Positions 56,096 through 59,968 of a stretch of DNA of 59,968 nucleotides are shown here, in pieces. Numbering within the stretch: the first letter of the stretch is position 1; each line of letters opens with the position of its first letter. This DNA comes from a virus (taxonomy: Duplodnaviria; Caudoviricetes): the IMG/VR virus record IMGVR_UViG_3300034071_001219, positions 1-59,968 of that record; one strand, 5' to 3'. The translations under genes and the position numbers were made by a program. A model generated the notes under the pieces. It worked only from the letters and a program-made list of their open reading frames with translations, was not told the DNA's origin and made no database searches.

Positions 56096-56126
56096 ATTGC
56101 TTTTTGATATACTTATATTTATTTGT

Positions 56127-57302
56127 TTAATATATCTTTAGAAATGGACCATTTGCTGATCCAAACTCTTTTTTTGCACCATAGTACAAAACTCTGCACC
56201 ATTCTTTCATTTTCTTTTTCTTTCCAATCTCAACCCAAGTATTGGCCCATTCCATGGCAATAAGTTTTGAAGAAAATCTTCCAGCAGAACTTCTATCACT
56301 TGTGTTTGTTTCATATATGATTGCATTTTCCAAAACATCCTCAAAAGTATCTCCGATTTTTTTACCATCCTGATATACTGAAACTTCACCAAAATCTACC
56401 ATAGGATTGCTTTTAAGTTTATCATATAAATCTATCCAATATTTTTTATCGGTATCATTCCATTTTCCTACAGCAGGAATATGTGGATGTTTGGTTGCAG
56501 ATGATGGTCTTGTCATTCCAAGATCTGAAAAAAACTTATCCATCGCAACACTGGAAACCTTCCCAAGTTTTGCTCCAGCATCTTTTCCTTTTGGAGTTAA
56601 ATCAGTTTGAACTACATTTCTTGCTTGAGAGTATTGAAAGTTTCTAGATTGTCCATGTATTTGACCACCAGATTCCGTTTTTAAATCAAATCCAAGTTCT
56701 CCAGTATCAAACAAATAATTTTGCTTTTTCCCAAGAGTAAGAGTGCATTTTAAAGAACCAGGAATAAGATCAATATCAACTCTACCTGTTTTATCGCCAC
56801 CCATATTTGCCAATTCAACACTGGCAACTTTTTTGTTCTTTGATATTGCCTTCAGAGAAACCCCAATTAGTATCTTATCTTCTAACGCCTCTTTCATATA
56901 AGTATTCAAAAGAGAAAGATTTGCTTGTTTACTAATTCCATCAATATTTGTAAGTTCCTTTATTGTTCCCTCAATCGTCTTCTTCATATTTTTTTTAACC
57001 ATAACAATATCCATAGGATTCCATCTATCTTTGACGGAAACTCCACAATCTTTTTTAGCTATACCTTCAATATAAGGCATTATTCCAGAATCTCTAGAAT
57101 ATTCATATCCCTTATTAGATCCTAGAAATTTTTTTAAAGCGGATGCTTGTTTTCTATAAGTCTCTTTCCACTCTGCATTATAACCATCATAAACTTTTAA
57201 CATAACTGCATCAGAAGGTTCTTTGCCAGTTTCAATTACAGATTCAAAAAAAACTCTTGAACCATTTTCCTGTTTGGCAGTTTCTGTAGCACTGGTGGCC
57301 AT
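56127..57302 (-). CDS. Putative PD-(D/E)xK-type endonuclease
   Basis: KDRWNPMDIVMV ... LIGVSLK motif pair. Confidence 0.6.
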   Translation of the reverse strand: MATSATETAKQENGSRVFFESVIETGKEPSDAVMLKVYDGYNAEWKETYRKQASALKKFLGSNKGYEYSRDSGIMPYIEGIAKKDCGVSVKDRWNPMDIVMVKKNMKKTIEGTIKELTNIDGISKQANLSLLNTYMKEALEDKILIGVSLKAISKNKKVASVELANMGGDKTGRVDIDLIPGSLKCTLTLGKKQNYLFDTGELGFDLKTESGGQIHGQSRNFQYSQARNVVQTDLTPKGKDAGAKLGKVSSVAMDKFFSDLGMTRPSSATKHPHIPAVGKWNDTDKKYWIDLYDKLKSNPMVDFGEVSVYQDGKKIGDTFEDVLENAIIYETNTSDRSSAGRFSSKLIAMEWANTWVEIGKKKKMKEWCRVLYYGAKKEFGSANGPFLKIY

Positions 57303-57333
57303 CGGATAAAATACTCTTTCAAGTATTTAGAAA

Positions 57334-57407
57334 TGGAGAATAGCGGACTCGAACCGCTGACATCCTGCTTGCAAAGCAGGCGCTCTACCAGACTGAGCTA
57401 ATTCCCC
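57334..57407 (-). tRNA. tRNA-Ala (TGC)
   Basis: Cloverleaf, loop TTTGCAA; TTGACT-17-TATAAT promoter at 57446-57418. Confidence 0.95.
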
Positions 57408-57476
57408 GAATATAGATATTATAAAACCCTCTCAACTAAAAGTCAAGAGGGTTAGAGCAACCTTCCGATTTATTTA

Positions 57477-58454
57477 TCAGTCGTGCTCACCCATTGCTTT
57501 TTGCTTACGGAGTTTCTTGGGGTTCTTGGTTACACTACCAGCACCATAGGTTCCACCCTCACCATACTCTACAGCCTTAGCTCTTGCCTCTGCTCTATCA
57601 TCGGCATCCATTTTACCTCTTGGACCCCAAGGTCTAGAAGATTTCTTACCACCAGAAAGACCTCTAGAAAGAGTGTCCTGTCTTCTAGTTTGCTTTTCTG
57701 CTGCCTTTAGTTTTTTGGTTTTCTCACCCCTTTGTGAATACTCACTTGCGGGTTTACGCATTCTATCAATAACAAGTTTACCCATTGCTGTTCTTGCTTT
57801 AGGAGTCTGTCCGTAAGAACCTTCTGCCTCAAGGATTTCTTCAATATCTTCAGAATCTAGTTCATTAGCCATAATCCACTCTGCTTCTTCCAGAGTTTCT
57901 GCATATCCTTCTGCTTGGAGGAACTCAAGAACAATATCAAAGATATCTACTTCCTCATTTGCTGCTCTTCTTTTTCTCACTCCAGCAGCAAGTTTTCTTG
58001 CTCTACCTTCTTTACCAGCAGCAGTCTCGGCTGCTCTCATCGCTTCAGGATTACGATGCTTGTATGCTCTATCACTTGCAGCACCAGTAGCGGCAATTCT
58101 TGCATTAACAACCTTACCTGCAAGACCAGCAGAGATTTCATCAATCTGTTCTACTTCTTCAATCTCAAATTCTTCTTTTTTAGTTCTTAGATTTTTTTCG
58201 TATTCTCTAAACTTTTCTGGATTCTTAACTTGCTTGATTTTCTCTCCAGCATCTAATCTATGGACCATAGATCTTGTGTTGTGACGCTCAAACTTTTCAC
58301 TATCACCCTTTTCAAATGCTTTGTCAGCTTGACGTTCATGATGTTTGGCAGCAACCTTATGGTAGATTTTCTTTATACCTTCTTGCACTTCTTCTTGAGG
58401 AGTATAAACTTCAGAATATGCTTCCATCAAACCGCGTAGTTCTTTGATGTCCAT
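57477..58454 (-). CDS. Charged protein, probable internal head protein
   Basis: LMEAYSEVY, QIDEIS, DIFDIVLEFL.AEGYA; TATAAATA upstream. Confidence 0.7.
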   Translation of the reverse strand: MDIKELRGLMEAYSEVYTPQEEVQEGIKKIYHKVAAKHHERQADKAFEKGDSEKFERHNTRSMVHRLDAGEKIKQVKNPEKFREYEKNLRTKKEEFEIEEVEQIDEISAGLAGKVVNARIAATGAASDRAYKHRNPEAMRAAETAAGKEGRARKLAAGVRKRRAANEEVDIFDIVLEFLQAEGYAETLEEAEWIMANELDSEDIEEILEAEGSYGQTPKARTAMGKLVIDRMRKPASEYSQRGEKTKKLKAAEKQTRRQDTLSRGLSGGKKSSRPWGPRGKMDADDRAEARAKAVEYGEGGTYGAGSVTKNPKKLRKQKAMGEHD

Positions 58455-58504
58455 TTTTTACAATTACTTTTTTAGTTATTTATAAAAAAAAAGACCCCGA
58501 AGGG

Positions 58505-58690
58505 TCAAATACCAAGAACAGCACCAAGATTGGAATCGATATCTTGAATCACTGAGCGAATATCAGAAACACGAGGAGGAACACTTACTTCATCATAAGT
58601 ATATCCTTTTTGAGCATCAAACAAAACTTGACGAACTGCGGCTGCTGCACGAGCATCCATTTTAATTATCACTTGGGTTTCTTTAGTCAT
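58505..58690 (-). CDS. Hypothetical protein
   Basis: 61-aa ORF coupled to mazG and followed by a GACCC-TTCG-GGGTC terminator. Confidence 0.65.
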   Translation of the reverse strand: MTKETQVIIKMDARAAAAVRQVLFDAQKGYTYDEVSVPPRVSDIRSVIQDIDSNLGAVLGI

Positions 58691-59100
58691 AGGTCTCCTT
58701 CTACACGATTTTCAGAACGATAAACATCAAATGCACCTTCAGGATAACGAGCACTCAATTTCTCATAATTCATTTCAAGAACTTCTTCAAAATTGGTATC
58801 AAGTGCCATACATGCTTGAGCGAGATACCAACAAATATCTCCAAGTTCACGCTTTAGGTGAAAAGTATTTTCCTCATTATAAGGTTTACCTTGTAGGAAA
58901 ATCTTTTTTACAACTTCAGTAAACTCTCCTGCTTCTGCACTCATACCAAGAGCAGCAGTTAGTAGACGTGGAACATCAGCATCATGGGTTGCTTCAAGTT
59001 CAGTCATACGTGCAAGTAGTTGGGCATAATCACTACTTGCAGGACTGGTAGTTTGCCGAACAAATTCAATATATTTGTTTGTATCAATAACTTGTGTCAT
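58687..59100 (-). CDS. mazG: MazG-like NTP pyrophosphohydrolase
   Basis: AEAGEFTEVVKK, RELGDICWY and N..KL..RYP motifs. Confidence 0.9.
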   Translation of the reverse strand: MTQVIDTNKYIEFVRQTTSPASSDYAQLLARMTELEATHDADVPRLLTAALGMSAEAGEFTEVVKKIFLQGKPYNEENTFHLKRELGDICWYLAQACMALDTNFEEVLEMNYEKLSARYPEGAFDVYRSENRVEGDL

Positions 59101-59101
59101 A

Positions 59102-59968
59102 TTAGAATTTAAATCCTTCAAATAATTTTTTAGGTTTGTTCTCTTCGTGATAATCATACTCCCCTTCCTTGCCGTTGTCAAGGATGTCGTTTTGAGCTGA
59201 CTGTTCACAATCATAAAGTCTCATTTTTGCACGGTCAATACCAACAACAAAACGTTTGAAAATTGTTGGATCATTATAGCGATTCTTAAGTTGTTTTACA
59301 AGAATCTGTCCAAGTCCTTCAAGTTCTTCTGTAGAAATAAGAGCAAACATAAGATCAGCAGTGGCAGGAAGACCAAAACTCTCTGAAGTATCAGTCAGTT
59401 CCACATCAGAAGATCCATAACCAGAACGAGTTGTCTGAGTAGCACTCACAATTGGAACATTAAACTCTACAGCAAGACCACGAAGTTCTTCTGCAATTGA
59501 CTTGACCAATGTATAAGAATTTACATTGCTACCACCTTTAAACCTGGAAGAGGAACAGATATTAAGATAATCGATAAAAATAATATCGGGTCTAAATGAC
59601 TTCTTAAGTGCAAGTTCATTAAGCAATGACTTAAAATGACCTGCATGTGCAGACGCTGTAGGATATTCTTTAATTATAAGTGTTCCTTGAGTTTTTTTAG
59701 CAAGGTTTGTAACCTTGTTTTCAAACATCTGCTTTGGAAGATCTACAATATCTTGAATAGGGACATTTAAAAGATTTGCGTCAATTCTTTCAGCAATGCG
59801 TTCTTCTGCCATTTCCAACGTAATGTACAGAACGTTCCGTCCTTGGAGCAAGACGGAGCTAGCCACATGGCACATGAATAGAGATTTCCCGACACCCGTA
59901 CCAGCAAGAGCGATGTTAAGAGTTTTGTTAGGGAGACCACCTTTCGTGATTTTGTTAAAGTATTCAAG
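59102..59968 (-). CDS. Replicative helicase (T4 gp41), C-terminal part; start lies beyond the right edge
   Basis: LAGTGVGKS Walker A, ITLEMAEE, IDYLNIC, ATQTTR and QLKNRY motifs. Confidence 0.95.
   Translation of the reverse strand, partial: LEYFNKITKGGLPNKTLNIALAGTGVGKSLFMCHVASSVLLQGRNVLYITLEMAEERIAERIDANLLNVPIQDIVDLPKQMFENKVTNLAKKTQGTLIIKEYPTASAHAGHFKSLLNELALKKSFRPDIIFIDYLNICSSSRFKGGSNVNSYTLVKSIAEELRGLAVEFNVPIVSATQTTRSGYGSSDVELTDTSESFGLPATADLMFALISTEELEGLGQILVKQLKNRYNDPTIFKRFVVGIDRAKMRLYDCEQSAQNDILDNGKEGEYDYHEENKPKKLFEGFKF

Overview
Window from a large AT-rich T4-like cyanomyovirus (cyanophage), almost all on the minus strand. From right to left (direction of transcription) it holds: gp41 helicase (truncated), mazG, head-internal and structural genes, gp61 primase, nrdA-HNH-nrdB and an endonuclease II-like gene; a tRNA region (21 tRNA genes in the window) mixed with HNH genes, dps, talC, gnd and tiny NDH-1 subunit genes; a ~19 kb nucleotide-sugar/glycosyltransferase island (gmd to GT25); porin, pstS, two hli, petF and a peroxiredoxin; lysis and secreted genes; and the start of a tail-fibre gene. 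The most striking element is missing from the ORF track and lies in the leader of the main tRNA block (40218-40512). A T4 late promoter drives a 31-codon leader ORF with 18 different amino acids in 21 consecutive codons, using codons that match the downstream tRNAs. Its 3' half forms an antiterminator hairpin that excludes an intrinsic terminator, and an rrn-like boxB/boxA follows. This looks like a ribosome-dependent attenuator that senses the whole tRNA pool. Other leads are a RfbH-ThDP enzyme-PanB-SDR module (candidate branched-chain sugar pathway), non-canonical tRNAs and several unexplained structured RNAs. All calls come from reading the sequence and recalled motifs; no searches or folding programs were run.
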